This document shows, in pieces, positions 31,604 to 40,914 of a stretch of 64,000 nucleotides of DNA (its first letter is position 1; every line of letters begins with the position of its first letter). Location of the stretch: the IMG/VR virus record IMGVR_UViG_3300020414_000008, positions 96,001-160,000 of that record. The stretch is one strand, 5' to 3'. The notes below the pieces were generated by a model. It was not told the DNA's origin. It worked only from the letters and a program-made list of their open reading frames with translations, and ran no database searches. The stretch is from a virus. Its lineage: Duplodnaviria; Caudoviricetes. The position numbers and the translations under genes are program-made.

Positions 31604-31916
31604 ATATCAACCATGGCACAATGGACATAGATGGTTAATAGACCAAAGATTAAATGAAGGTAAGAACGTTTGTATAGCAGTTAGAGACGAACACCCTGAC
31701 GAAACCCACGAGTGGTACAGTGGAAAGATTGTACACAATATCAAAGCAGAATTAAACGATTTAGTAAACGAAGGTAGGGTGAAAGTTATAGTGATACCTG
31801 ACATTGAATCAATCAATTATGGTAGGACAGTTGGATACGAAGTAATCGAACACGAACCACCAAAAGATATCTACAACATATCAGCATCAAAGATTAGAAA
31901 GGAAATGGGAAAATAG
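31578..31916 (+). CDS. HIGH-family nucleotidyltransferase
   Basis: GRYQPWHNGH, ISASKIR. Confidence 0.8.
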   Translation: MKYSLFVGRYQPWHNGHRWLIDQRLNEGKNVCIAVRDEHPDETHEWYSGKIVHNIKAELNDLVNEGRVKVIVIPDIESINYGRTVGYEVIEHEPPKDIYNISASKIRKEMGK

Positions 31917-31940
31917 TATATATTTATTTCTTTATGAGAA

Positions 31941-32285
31941 ATGAGAATGAATATAACTATCGTACCCTACAAGTTGCCCGAATCCGTACCGACTCCAAAA
32001 GAGGAGTGTGGCTGGATTGCTCTACACGATAATAAAGCGATAGGTTGGAACTCATTACTATTTTTATCCCACAATACAGTAAAGTTTGCTAATGCATTTG
32101 TAGAAGAAGAATATAGAGGTAATGGAATCTACAGAATGTTATGGGACGCCAGATGGAAATGGTGTCAAGAAAACCTTAAAGGATATGATGTAATAACGTA
32201 CTGTCTACCAACAACACTTAACTTCTACAGAGAAAAAGGGTGGTCCGAAGGACATACATCTACATTAATGTCGTCAAAAATTTAA
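31941..32285 (+). CDS. GNAT acetyltransferase
   Basis: FVEEEYRGNGIY; FYREKGW. Confidence 0.8.
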   Translation: MRMNITIVPYKLPESVPTPKEECGWIALHDNKAIGWNSLLFLSHNTVKFANAFVEEEYRGNGIYRMLWDARWKWCQENLKGYDVITYCLPTTLNFYREKGWSEGHTSTLMSSKI

Positions 32286-32337
32286 CAAAACTTTAACATT
32301 TAAAGTTTGGATATTAACGTTTTTATGCTTATCTTTA
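32281..32337 (+). promoter_or_regulatory. TTTAACA-repeat promoter element, copy 6
   Basis: TTTAACA 32281 and 32292, TTTGG 32306, TATCTTTA 32330. Confidence 0.75.
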
Positions 32338-32342
32338 CTATG

Positions 32343-32437
32343 TAGTTGTGGGGACTCTAAAGTCCCTCGTCATTGAATCCAATGGACCTGACGTTAAACG
32401 GAGTAACCGATACCCCCCTCGGGGGGTGGTGAAACTA
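32343..32437 (+). ncRNA. candidate structured leader RNA (multi-hairpin junction)
   Basis: Closing TAGTT/AACTA plus hairpins GGGACT/AGTCCC, CGTCA/TGACG, CGG/CCG, TACCCCC/GGGGGTG. Confidence 0.5.
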
Positions 32438-32447
32438 AGGAGAAAAA

Positions 32448-32615
32448 ATGAGTAAGAAAAAAGAATCATATCAAGACGAACTTGACTTCAACGGGGGTTG
32501 GACCCGTGGTGAAGCGAGTCATCACATTGGTAAGAAGACAACTGAACAAACTCACAAGTCTAAAAAGACTTATTCTCGAAAGGAGAAACATAAGAAAAAT
32601 TTAACAATTTCTTAA
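32448..32615 (+). CDS. 55-aa ArfA/BrfA-like basic protein (not in ORF track)
   Basis: AAGGAG upstream; C-terminal HKSKKTYSRKEKHK. Confidence 0.55.
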   Translation: MSKKKESYQDELDFNGGWTRGEASHHIGKKTTEQTHKSKKTYSRKEKHKKNLTIS

Positions 32616-32656
32616 CATTAGAAATTTGGAAATAAGTAAAAATTATATTATCTTTA
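32600..32656 (+). promoter_or_regulatory. TTTAACA-repeat promoter element, copy 7
   Basis: TTTAACA 32600, CTTAACA 32611, TTTGG 32625, TATCTTTA 32649. Confidence 0.75.
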
Positions 32657-32673
32657 TATCGTAAGATTAAAAA

Positions 32674-34800
32674 ATGGGAAATATGTATAAATCAAATCTA
32701 AATTATTCATCCTTCTGGCTCGACAAGTCTATTTGGGACGAGGATGATGACCAATCAAAAGTAGAAAAGAAATCAAATGACTTAATGAAACTGATGTCCT
32801 ACAAAAGGAGTATCGGTAACTTCGTAAGTATTGTAACAGGTGAGTCTATTCCTGTGACATTCGATGGTAGGGGTAGTGACTCTTACACCGATGGTAGAGA
32901 GGTTGTTATCTCTGCAAAATTAGACGATAAAGAATTTGACCCCGTGGTTGGTCTCGCACTACACGAGGGTTCTCACATTAAACTTACAGATTTTGATTCC
33001 CTTAAAAGTCTTATGGACCATGATGTATTTCCCGTGTCTATGCAAGATTACATCAAAAAGTTCCAAGACAGTTCAGGAACATTCAAAGGTTATTGGTATG
33101 ATACTTCAATGGGTAATGTAATAAAAGGTAAATTAAAAGACCTTCTTAACTATGTAGAAGATAGGAGAATTGACAACTTTGTTTATTCATCCGCGCCTGG
33201 TTATAGAGGTTACTACGAGTCGATGTACAAAAAGTATTTCCACTCTAATGTAGTAGACAAGGGTCTTAAGTCTTCAGAACACAGAGACGAGACGTGGGAG
33301 TCTTATATGTTTAGATTGATTAATATCACTAACAAAAACAGAGACCTCAACGCTCTTAAAGGGTTAAAAAAGATTTGGAATCTTCTTGACCTTAGAAACA
33401 TTTCAAGACTAAAAAATACAGATGACTCTCTTGAGTTAGCAGGTAAGATTTTTATGGTCATCCAAAAGAATGTTAATGAAGATGTGGACCAAACACCACA
33501 ACCACAAAAAGGTAATGGTGGTGAAGATGGTGATACTGATGGTAAGTCCGATGTATGTGATTCAGAATCTAAATCAACAGGTGATGGTAAACCAATGACA
33601 GGTAAGGGTCAAGGTAAAGGTACCGACTCTAACGGTGATGGTAAGGACGATGGTTCTACTGACAAGAAGGGTTCTATGTCAAGTGGTCAATCAAACAAGA
33701 ATGGGGCAGGTGGTCAACACCAACCACTGAATGACAGACAAAAAAAGATGTTAGAGAACGCTATTGAAAAACAAAAGAAGTTTCAGAATGGTGATATCTC
33801 TAAAAAGAAAATATCTAAAGCAGATAAAAAGAAGATTGATACTCTTGACCAAGCGGATATCAAGACAGAGGTTACAGGTAAAGGTCTTGAACAAGGTTAT
33901 TGGAGAAACCAATCACAAGGTGTTCAAACTTATGTTATCAACAACATGACTCAACAGTTAATTGAGTCGGGTCTGATTGACCACTTAGGTACTTGGAGAA
34001 CTGATTCAAACAATGTTGCAGTTAACAAGGGTATTATGTTAGGTACTCAGTTAGGTAAGAAACTTAAAACAAGAAACGAAGAGAGAGTTCTTCAGACTCC
34101 AAGAATGAAGAGTGGTAAGTTGAACGGTAGAATGTTACACGAGATTGGTTTCGGTAACTTTGATATCTTTGACCAAATCAACATCAATACCGCGACACCA
34201 TCGTTGTTACATATATCGATTGACGCAAGTTCTTCAATGAATGGTGACAAGTGGTACAACACTCAGACCGCCGCAGTAGCAATCGCTAAAGCAGCATCAA
34301 TGACAGAGAATATGAATGTTGTTATATCTTACAGAGGTATTTACTACAATAGAGAAAGTAGACAATGTCAACCTTTGATGTTGGTTGCATACGATTCGAG
34401 AAAAGATAAGTTCCAAAAGATACAAAACTTATTCAAGTTTATTTCACCAAGTGGTACAACACCCGAGGGTCTTTGTTTTGAAGCAATACTAAAAGAGTTA
34501 ACTAAGACCAAGAACGGTGAAGAGAGTTATCTAATCAACTTCTCAGATGGATGGCCTGGTTTTGATAACAGAGAAATTAGTTACGGTGGTCAATACGCAG
34601 TAGACCATACAGCAGAACAAGTCAAGAAAATCAGACAATCAGGTGTATCAGTTCTTTCTTACTTTATCTCTGATGGATACTTCGGAAACAGTAAGACTCA
34701 GTTTGAGAAAATGTATGGGAAGGACTCAGAGTTCATTGATGTAAACAATGTGACTCAGTTAGCTAAGACATTAAATAAAAAGTTTGAAGTTAAAATTTAA
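32674..34800 (+). CDS. HExxH + VWA domain protein (CobT-like)
   Basis: LHEGSH, NYVEDRRID, low-complexity linker, MIDAS DASSSM, GTTP, SDG. Confidence 0.8.
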   Translation: MGNMYKSNLNYSSFWLDKSIWDEDDDQSKVEKKSNDLMKLMSYKRSIGNFVSIVTGESIPVTFDGRGSDSYTDGREVVISAKLDDKEFDPVVGLALHEGSHIKLTDFDSLKSLMDHDVFPVSMQDYIKKFQDSSGTFKGYWYDTSMGNVIKGKLKDLLNYVEDRRIDNFVYSSAPGYRGYYESMYKKYFHSNVVDKGLKSSEHRDETWESYMFRLINITNKNRDLNALKGLKKIWNLLDLRNISRLKNTDDSLELAGKIFMVIQKNVNEDVDQTPQPQKGNGGEDGDTDGKSDVCDSESKSTGDGKPMTGKGQGKGTDSNGDGKDDGSTDKKGSMSSGQSNKNGAGGQHQPLNDRQKKMLENAIEKQKKFQNGDISKKKISKADKKKIDTLDQADIKTEVTGKGLEQGYWRNQSQGVQTYVINNMTQQLIESGLIDHLGTWRTDSNNVAVNKGIMLGTQLGKKLKTRNEERVLQTPRMKSGKLNGRMLHEIGFGNFDIFDQININTATPSLLHISIDASSSMNGDKWYNTQTAAVAIAKAASMTENMNVVISYRGIYYNRESRQCQPLMLVAYDSRKDKFQKIQNLFKFISPSGTTPEGLCFEAILKELTKTKNGEESYLINFSDGWPGFDNREISYGGQYAVDHTAEQVKKIRQSGVSVLSYFISDGYFGNSKTQFEKMYGKDSEFIDVNNVTQLAKTLNKKFEVKI

Positions 34801-34852
34801 CAATAATTTAACATTAGAAATTTGGAATTGTGAACCTAATTCACTATCTTTA
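34796..34852 (+). promoter_or_regulatory. TTTAACA-repeat promoter element, copy 8
   Basis: TTTAACA 34796 and 34807, TTTGG 34821, TATCTTTA 34845. Confidence 0.75.
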
Positions 34853-34897
34853 GAGAGTAATATTAATAATGAGAAATAATAATTTAAAACAAAGTCT

Positions 34898-36160
34898 ATG
34901 AAAGCACAAAAATCAGTTTTTGGAAAAGTAGTTCAGATAGATGACCTCTATTTGTTCGAAGATTCGGCAGGTGTTAAGTTCAACATCCCCGAGTTCAATG
35001 AAGAGGGTACCAACCTCTATAAAAGGGTAAAGTCAGCGTGTAATAATCCTGCGAAGTGGGGTTTCAAAATCAGAGTCAGAGGTAGACTTTCTGATGGTGA
35101 GATTGTTTACAACAGAGTTCCTGCTTCAACCGTTGAACAGAAACCCGAACCTGTTGGTAACTTCAACAAACCTAACGGTGGTCTGATGTCTATGTTATGG
35201 GAACCAACACCAAAGGGTGTCGCTTCTAAAGAAATGACTTCAGATGTCCTTAACTTTATTCATAACGAAGTCGATGGTTTGAAACCAAAGATGTTGTTCA
35301 TGAAATCTCTAAAGTGGAAGTATCTAATCAGAAACATCCTTAGAGGTAAAAATATTATGATGACAGGTCCTGCTGGTTGTGGTAAAACTATGGCAGCGAA
35401 AGCAGCGGCTAATTCCCTTGAAGGTTACAACACCTTCATTATTAACTTGGGTGCAACTCAAGACCCGAGAACAACCCTTATCGGAAATACTCAGTTCGAT
35501 ACTAAGAAGGGAACAGTGTTCAACTCTTCACCATTTGTGAAAGCAATCCAAACTCCAAACACGGTGGTGGTCCTTGATGAGTTGACGAGAGCACACCCTG
35601 AAGCTCACAACATCCTAATGACAGTTCTTGACCAAGGTCAAAGATACTTGAGATTGGATGAAGCCGCTGACGCTCCTGTTATCAAAGTTGCAGATGGAGT
35701 ATCCTTCATCGCATCAGCAAACATCGGTAATGAATATACTGCGACGAGAGCACTCGATAGAGCTATTCTTGACAGATTTACTGTCATTGAAATGGACACC
35801 TTGACTAAGGACGAAGAGTCTGAGTTACTTCAGATGATGTATCCTTCAGTTGATAAGGATGTTATTTCTTCTGTCGCTGAAATTACTTCGATGACAAGAA
35901 ATGACGTAATGTCAGAGACTCCTAAGTTGACTAACTCATTGTCAACAAGAACCGCAGTTGAGATTGGTTCTCTACTTTATGATGGTTTTGAATTAGGTGA
36001 AGCAGCTGAGATTACAATCTATCCACTGTTCGACCAAAGTGGTGGTGCTCAATCTGAGAGAGTGTTCATGAAACAATACATTCAGAAGTTCTTAGGTGAG
36101 ACTCCACAAGACGAAGACTTGTTTAATGTAGAATCAGAAGACGTTAGTAATCCTTTCTAA
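34898..36160 (+). CDS. MoxR/CbbQ/CobS-like AAA+ ATPase
   Basis: GPAGCGKT, VVLDELTR, SAN, LDRAILDRF, STR. Confidence 0.9.
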   Translation: MKAQKSVFGKVVQIDDLYLFEDSAGVKFNIPEFNEEGTNLYKRVKSACNNPAKWGFKIRVRGRLSDGEIVYNRVPASTVEQKPEPVGNFNKPNGGLMSMLWEPTPKGVASKEMTSDVLNFIHNEVDGLKPKMLFMKSLKWKYLIRNILRGKNIMMTGPAGCGKTMAAKAAANSLEGYNTFIINLGATQDPRTTLIGNTQFDTKKGTVFNSSPFVKAIQTPNTVVVLDELTRAHPEAHNILMTVLDQGQRYLRLDEAADAPVIKVADGVSFIASANIGNEYTATRALDRAILDRFTVIEMDTLTKDEESELLQMMYPSVDKDVISSVAEITSMTRNDVMSETPKLTNSLSTRTAVEIGSLLYDGFELGEAAEITIYPLFDQSGGAQSERVFMKQYIQKFLGETPQDEDLFNVESEDVSNPF

Positions 36161-36171
36161 GGGTTACTAAC
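36143..36171 (+). terminator. 13-bp hairpin over the AAA gene stop
   Basis: GTTAGTAATCCTT-TCT-AAGGGTTACTAAC; no clear U-run. Confidence 0.4.
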
Positions 36172-36187
36172 CTCTAATATTAATACT

Positions 36188-36625
36188 ATGGCATACAACA
36201 AGTATAGATGGTGGACAAACGGTAAAAGAAAAACTCTTTCTGTAAAATCTCATCTTTGGGATAGGATACAGAATGGTGACTTTGAATTATCTCATTATTA
36301 CACAGAGGAGAAGGCTGCAAGAAAGCAGTCTTCTGACCTCTACAGTGAGATAATGAGTAAGTGTCCCGATGGTGGTGATTATTGGGGATATGAATATGAA
36401 GCAAGACAAAAGACCTACCTAAAGAATGTTAGAGCAAACAAGTTAGCAGAAGAAGGACACAGAGACGATATTAAGATATTAAACAATTTTAAAAAAGAAT
36501 TAGAAAAACATTTTGGTTTTTGTCTATGGGATAAACTCATGGATGAGAAACCTATGAGTACCGAAGATGTCTACGAATACTACTGTATTGAGAAGATGTT
36601 TAGAAACGGTTTGGATGTTAAGTAA
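36188..36625 (+). CDS. hypothetical protein
   Basis: ORF track, typical codon usage. Confidence 0.55.
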   Translation: MAYNKYRWWTNGKRKTLSVKSHLWDRIQNGDFELSHYYTEEKAARKQSSDLYSEIMSKCPDGGDYWGYEYEARQKTYLKNVRANKLAEEGHRDDIKILNNFKKELEKHFGFCLWDKLMDEKPMSTEDVYEYYCIEKMFRNGLDVK

Positions 36626-36646
36626 AAATTTTGTATATTTAAAGAT

Positions 36647-36997
36647 ATGAACCTAAAGTACGACCCCGAGAATCCATTAACGGATAAACAACTTGACGAA
36701 ATAGCAGCATACGACTTTGACTTGTTTTTAGAATACTTAGATTCAAAAACAGAATACCTAAAACAGTTTAGTAGACCATTGGGTAAGTATCATTGTAAGA
36801 GGTTCGCAGCGTTAGACGCTAAAATGAGTGGTAAAGAAATTACTACTAAACTAATTAAAGACGCAGAAAAGATGGGACAGGTTGGTGACGACATTGTTCA
36901 ACAAAATATTATAGACAAGATGAATGAGAAAGGTTTAGAAGAACCTGACATTATGGTTGATAATCATAAGACTCATAGGTCACAATGGTTTGATTAA
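36647..36997 (+). CDS. hypothetical protein
   Basis: Follows promoter TTTGG 36610 / TATATTTA 36634. Confidence 0.55.
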   Translation: MNLKYDPENPLTDKQLDEIAAYDFDLFLEYLDSKTEYLKQFSRPLGKYHCKRFAALDAKMSGKEITTKLIKDAEKMGQVGDDIVQQNIIDKMNEKGLEEPDIMVDNHKTHRSQWFD

Positions 36998-37174
36998 TTA
37001 TGGGATTTAACAAAACACATTTACCGAATATAGAAGACCTTAAATCGATGGTTAAAGAATGGGGAGTTAGTGCAGTATTAAATCGATACAACGGTCCAAA
37101 GGTTGATGTCCTAATTGGGGACGTAGACGCAATGGACTACTTAGATAGTTTGGTAGAAACTAAAGAAAAATAAA

Positions 37175-37525
37175 ATGAATTGGAATCGAGAAGATTTAAA
37201 CGGCTTAGTGATAGACATAATCTCTGAATTAAAGGGAGTTGGATTTTCGGGTGTTGAAGATTGGGATACATTCGGTGACATCTTAAGATACAAACTTAAA
37301 AAATCAGGTGAGTTTGATATGTTATCAGAAGTGGTTGTGGAAACCTTCAGAGATTACACAAAATTTGAAACAGATATGGCTCTTATGAACTTATCTGACA
37401 AAGGATTGATTCGTATGTATGTTGACGAGAACGGAAAACTTGCATATGGTCCAACAGAAAAAGGGGTTAAATTGTCCACCCTTATTAATGAAGAAAGGGA
37501 CAAAAATAAAAATCAAAATAAATAA
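37175..37525 (+). CDS. hypothetical protein, possible winged helix
   Basis: L..L.DKGLI...Y..TEKG. Confidence 0.45.
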   Translation: MNWNREDLNGLVIDIISELKGVGFSGVEDWDTFGDILRYKLKKSGEFDMLSEVVVETFRDYTKFETDMALMNLSDKGLIRMYVDENGKLAYGPTEKGVKLSTLINEERDKNKNQNK

Positions 37526-37528
37526 ATT

Positions 37529-37729
37529 ATGAAGTATTACATTGCAAAAGTAAAAGTACATCACACGGATGACAAGGGCAGAGTAAAAAAGTTAACTGAA
37601 CAATATGTGGTTAACGCAGTGTCTGTAACTGACGCTGAAACAAAAGTTGTAAAAGACTTTGAGAATTCAGGAATTGAATTTGAAGTAGGGTCAGTAATAG
37701 AGACCAAAATCATAAAGGTAATTAAATAA
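37529..37729 (+). CDS. DUF4494-like protein
   Basis: YIAKVK...G.VKK.TEQYVVNAVSVTDAE. Confidence 0.7.
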   Translation: MKYYIAKVKVHHTDDKGRVKKLTEQYVVNAVSVTDAETKVVKDFENSGIEFEVGSVIETKIIKVIK

Positions 37730-39296
37730 TGATTTTTCAAAAAGGGGACAATGTAATTGTAAAGTTAAACGGGACTTACAGAGTAGGTTCCGTTTTACAC
37801 CGAACAAGATTAAAAAGAGGTCTTGTATATAAGGTAAGACTTGAGAACGGTAATACAGTTGACGAATGTTCTGTAAATAAAGAATTGACGAGTTGTCACA
37901 TCCACAGAGGATTGACAAAATCACTAAATAAAAAAGATGGACGAGAAACAGAAAAGGAAGTTTAAAACATTCCAAAGAAAAGTTAGGAAGAGATATCCTA
38001 AAGCAAAGATTCAAAGAAACACAGATGGGTTATTTTATATATCAAGTGGAATCGGTACAGTAGTAGGTGAGGAGTTATTCATTCCACCACAAACTAAGGT
38101 GTATGACGCATGGTATTGGGCAAGTAGGTCTTGTCAAATAGAACAAAACTTTAACAGAACACATCCAATGAAACACGATATGGCTGTTGATGAGAAAAGA
38201 TTCGATAGAGTTTCTCGAAGAAATAGGAAGAAAAAGTAGTTTTATTAATTTCAAAAAACTATTTATGTAATATAACCAAAACTATATAAATCAGTTTATG
38301 AAAAAATATAACAAAAAGCAAAGAGGTGGTTACGTTAACCAATCTTTCGGAATTCCAAAAGACGTAGCGAAAAAGAATGATAAGAGGATGGGTAACTATT
38401 GGTCTTCTATCGACTTTCAAATGCACGAACAAAAACAAACTGAGTATCCAACAGGTCCATCTAAAATAGGATACTTACAAGTTGGTAATCATGACATCGA
38501 ACTAACAATGGCAGAATGTAACAGGATAGCACATACGTTGGTAGAGGCGATTGATTTAGCAAAAAAGAAGTACAAACTTAATATGTAATTTGTGCCACCC
38601 AAGGGAATTTTCAACATATTTGATGAAGACGCATTAGAAAATAATACGGACTTAGAATTGTATCTAAAGAGTGTCCGTGATATTCTTGTGGAAAAAAAAG
38701 ACCCGTATTATACTTTGTGTAAAAGTAAAATCAAAGAGTTGATTTCAGAACCCGATAAAATGGTTACAAAAGAATACAAAGAAAAAATGATTCCAAGACT
38801 AACAATGGTCAAGGATAATTTTGGTTCTGAGTATTTAAAAACATTGATTGAGATATTCTCAGAGGTTGTTCTTCACGATAAACGATTTATATCTAAACAA
38901 GGTTTATTATTCTTGAACAAGGTTTGGAAAGATAAGATTTAAGATATGTATAGTAAAGGAGATATCATGGAACATTGGGATGAAGCGGAATATAATTACT
39001 TCATGAGTTTAGATGATATGACTAAAGTATATTATCTACATGACTATCTCTATGGTGAGTTTGAAGAGGATGTCTTTGAAGATGTTGACATTCCTGAACA
39101 AACTCCTGAACACAGACCGATACAGGTTTTAATAGACTCAGAGAATCTTACCGTTATTTGTGATAACCCAACACTACTCAAGAAGACAGTCGCATTATTT
39201 GTAATGGATGGATTTCTTTTAGAGAAACAGGTTGAAAGAGCAGACGCAGTAATTTACAAGATAATAGCAGTTGGGGACCCAATGTCAGTAAACTGA
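37729..39296 (+). other. run of five hypothetical genes
   Basis: Contiguous 78-116 aa ORFs. Confidence 0.5.
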
Positions 39297-39367
39297 CACA
39301 TTGTCACATCAAATTAATTTAAAACTAACAAAATGTCATACATTTCCAATTGGTACAGATTTGGTAC
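39283..39367 (+). promoter_or_regulatory. TGACA-N3-TGTCA operator cluster upstream of hsp20
   Basis: TGTCA 39283, TGACA-cat-TGTCA 39294-39306, TAACA-aaa-TGTCA 39326-39338, TTGGTAC twice. Confidence 0.5.
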
Positions 39368-39379
39368 TAATAGTAGTAT

Positions 39380-39745
39380 ATGTTTAATAATTTAAAAAGG
39401 AAAAAAATGACATTAAGAAATTTTGATAAGATTTTCGACTCATACTTAGATTGGGATATGAGTGGTTATGGTTCAGATACTACAGCACGAGTTGAAGACG
39501 ATGTGTTGTTAATGGACTTCGAAGTGCCTGGATTGGGTAACAAAGACGTTCAGGTAAATGTAGAAGATAGAAATCTACACATTAAAGCAGAAAAAGACCA
39601 TCGTAAGTTCGAAAGAAAGTACAGGGTTCATGATTCTTATGATTTGAATCAAACTTCTGCTGTTTGTAAAGATGGTATCTTAACAATCTCTATTCCTAAG
39701 TACGAGGATAGAAAGGCTAAAAGTATTACAGTAAAAGTTAAATAA
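39380..39745 (+). CDS. Hsp20/alpha-crystallin small heat-shock protein
   Basis: EVPGL...DV.V.VE...L.I; F.R; DGILTISIPK; I.V tail (start may be 39407). Confidence 0.9.
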   Translation: MFNNLKRKKMTLRNFDKIFDSYLDWDMSGYGSDTTARVEDDVLLMDFEVPGLGNKDVQVNVEDRNLHIKAEKDHRKFERKYRVHDSYDLNQTSAVCKDGILTISIPKYEDRKAKSITVKVK

Positions 39746-39960
39746 AGTTAAATGTTTTCTAACTCGTGGTTTAGGTACGAAAAACTTAATTACAACAACA
39801 AGTTATATTTAATCATACGGAAGATTGCGATTGACCGAAGACCAATAGTTAACGTTTGGAAAGAACACTTAAACTGTGACACTGTACTGAAGGGAAATGA
39901 CGGTTTTTTCTATTTTCTCCAAGAAGTTTCGGATGTAGAGTGGAAAGAGGTATAGGAAAA

Positions 39961-40017
39961 TTTAACATAAATTTAACATTGGGGACTTGGAAAAGTCCCC
40001 TTTTTTTATTATCTTTA
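39961..40017 (+). promoter_or_regulatory. TTTAACA-repeat promoter element, copy 9
   Basis: TTTAACA 39961 and 39972, CTTGG 39986, TATCTTTA 40010. Confidence 0.7.
39981..40007 (+). terminator. intrinsic terminator embedded in promoter copy 9
   Basis: GGGGACTT-GGAA-AAGTCCCC-T7. Confidence 0.75.
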
Positions 40018-40160
40018 TTATGTAATAATAATTAAGATATGGGATATTCAAAATCACTCTACCAAGCAATTCACAAAGATACCTTAGTGAAGTATCTAAT
40101 GAGTAGAGATAGAAAAATTAAATCACTACAAAAACAAATAGACGACTTAAAAACAAAGTA

Positions 40161-40619
40161 ATGAGTAAAATAGTAATTTTTGATTTAGATGGAACTTTGG
40201 CTGATATAGACCAAAGAAGAGCAGCCGCTATCAACATGGGTGGTGGTAAGATGGATTGGGATTTCTTTTTCGACCCAAAGAATGTAGCAATGGATGCTCC
40301 GAATATGTCTGTAATCACTACGGCACAAACATTCAAAAAACAAGGTTTCAAAATCTTTATATTTAGTGGTAGATTAGACAATAGTAAAGATGTTACTATT
40401 AATTGGTTAAAATATTGGAAAGTACCATTTGATAAACTTCAAATGAGACCTAATAATAAAAAAGATAAATTCACACCCGATGATGTTCTAAAACAAAATT
40501 GGTTAAATGATTTAGATAAGAAAGATATCCTTTGTGTATTTGACGATAGACAAAAGGTAGTAGATATGTGGAGAGCTAATGGTATCTCTTGTTTTCAGGT
40601 TGCGCCTGGTAATTTTTAA
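40161..40619 (+). CDS. polynucleotide 3'-phosphatase (PseT/PNKP HAD domain)
   Basis: DLDGT, SGR, MR, FDDRQKVVDMWR..GI.CFQVA.GNF. Confidence 0.85.
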   Translation: MSKIVIFDLDGTLADIDQRRAAAINMGGGKMDWDFFFDPKNVAMDAPNMSVITTAQTFKKQGFKIFIFSGRLDNSKDVTINWLKYWKVPFDKLQMRPNNKKDKFTPDDVLKQNWLNDLDKKDILCVFDDRQKVVDMWRANGISCFQVAPGNF

Positions 40620-40914
40620 ATAATATGAATCAGATTAAACACCCTTTAGATTGTTTCTATATAACTGATAACAAAAATGGTTTGATACATGGTTGGGCAG
40701 ATGGATATCATCAGTTCAATGCATTTAATAAATCAAACCCTCAAGTTAGTATTAGAAAAGGTCTTACATGGTTAGATAAAAATTCAGACCTCTATGATAA
40801 GTTAAGAATGATAGTTCTATATAACTTAGGATGGAAGTACGATAATAAAAAACAATTATCGTTTGGATTTTAGAAAAATATTTTGTATATTAGTAATAGA
40901 TTAAATAGTAAAAA

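Noticed and set aside
32343-32437. Hammerhead, pistol or tRNA identity for the structured RNA
   Set aside because: CTGACGT is not CUGANGA; the pistol pseudoknot complement is absent despite ACGTTAAA; no T-loop or 7-bp acceptor stem
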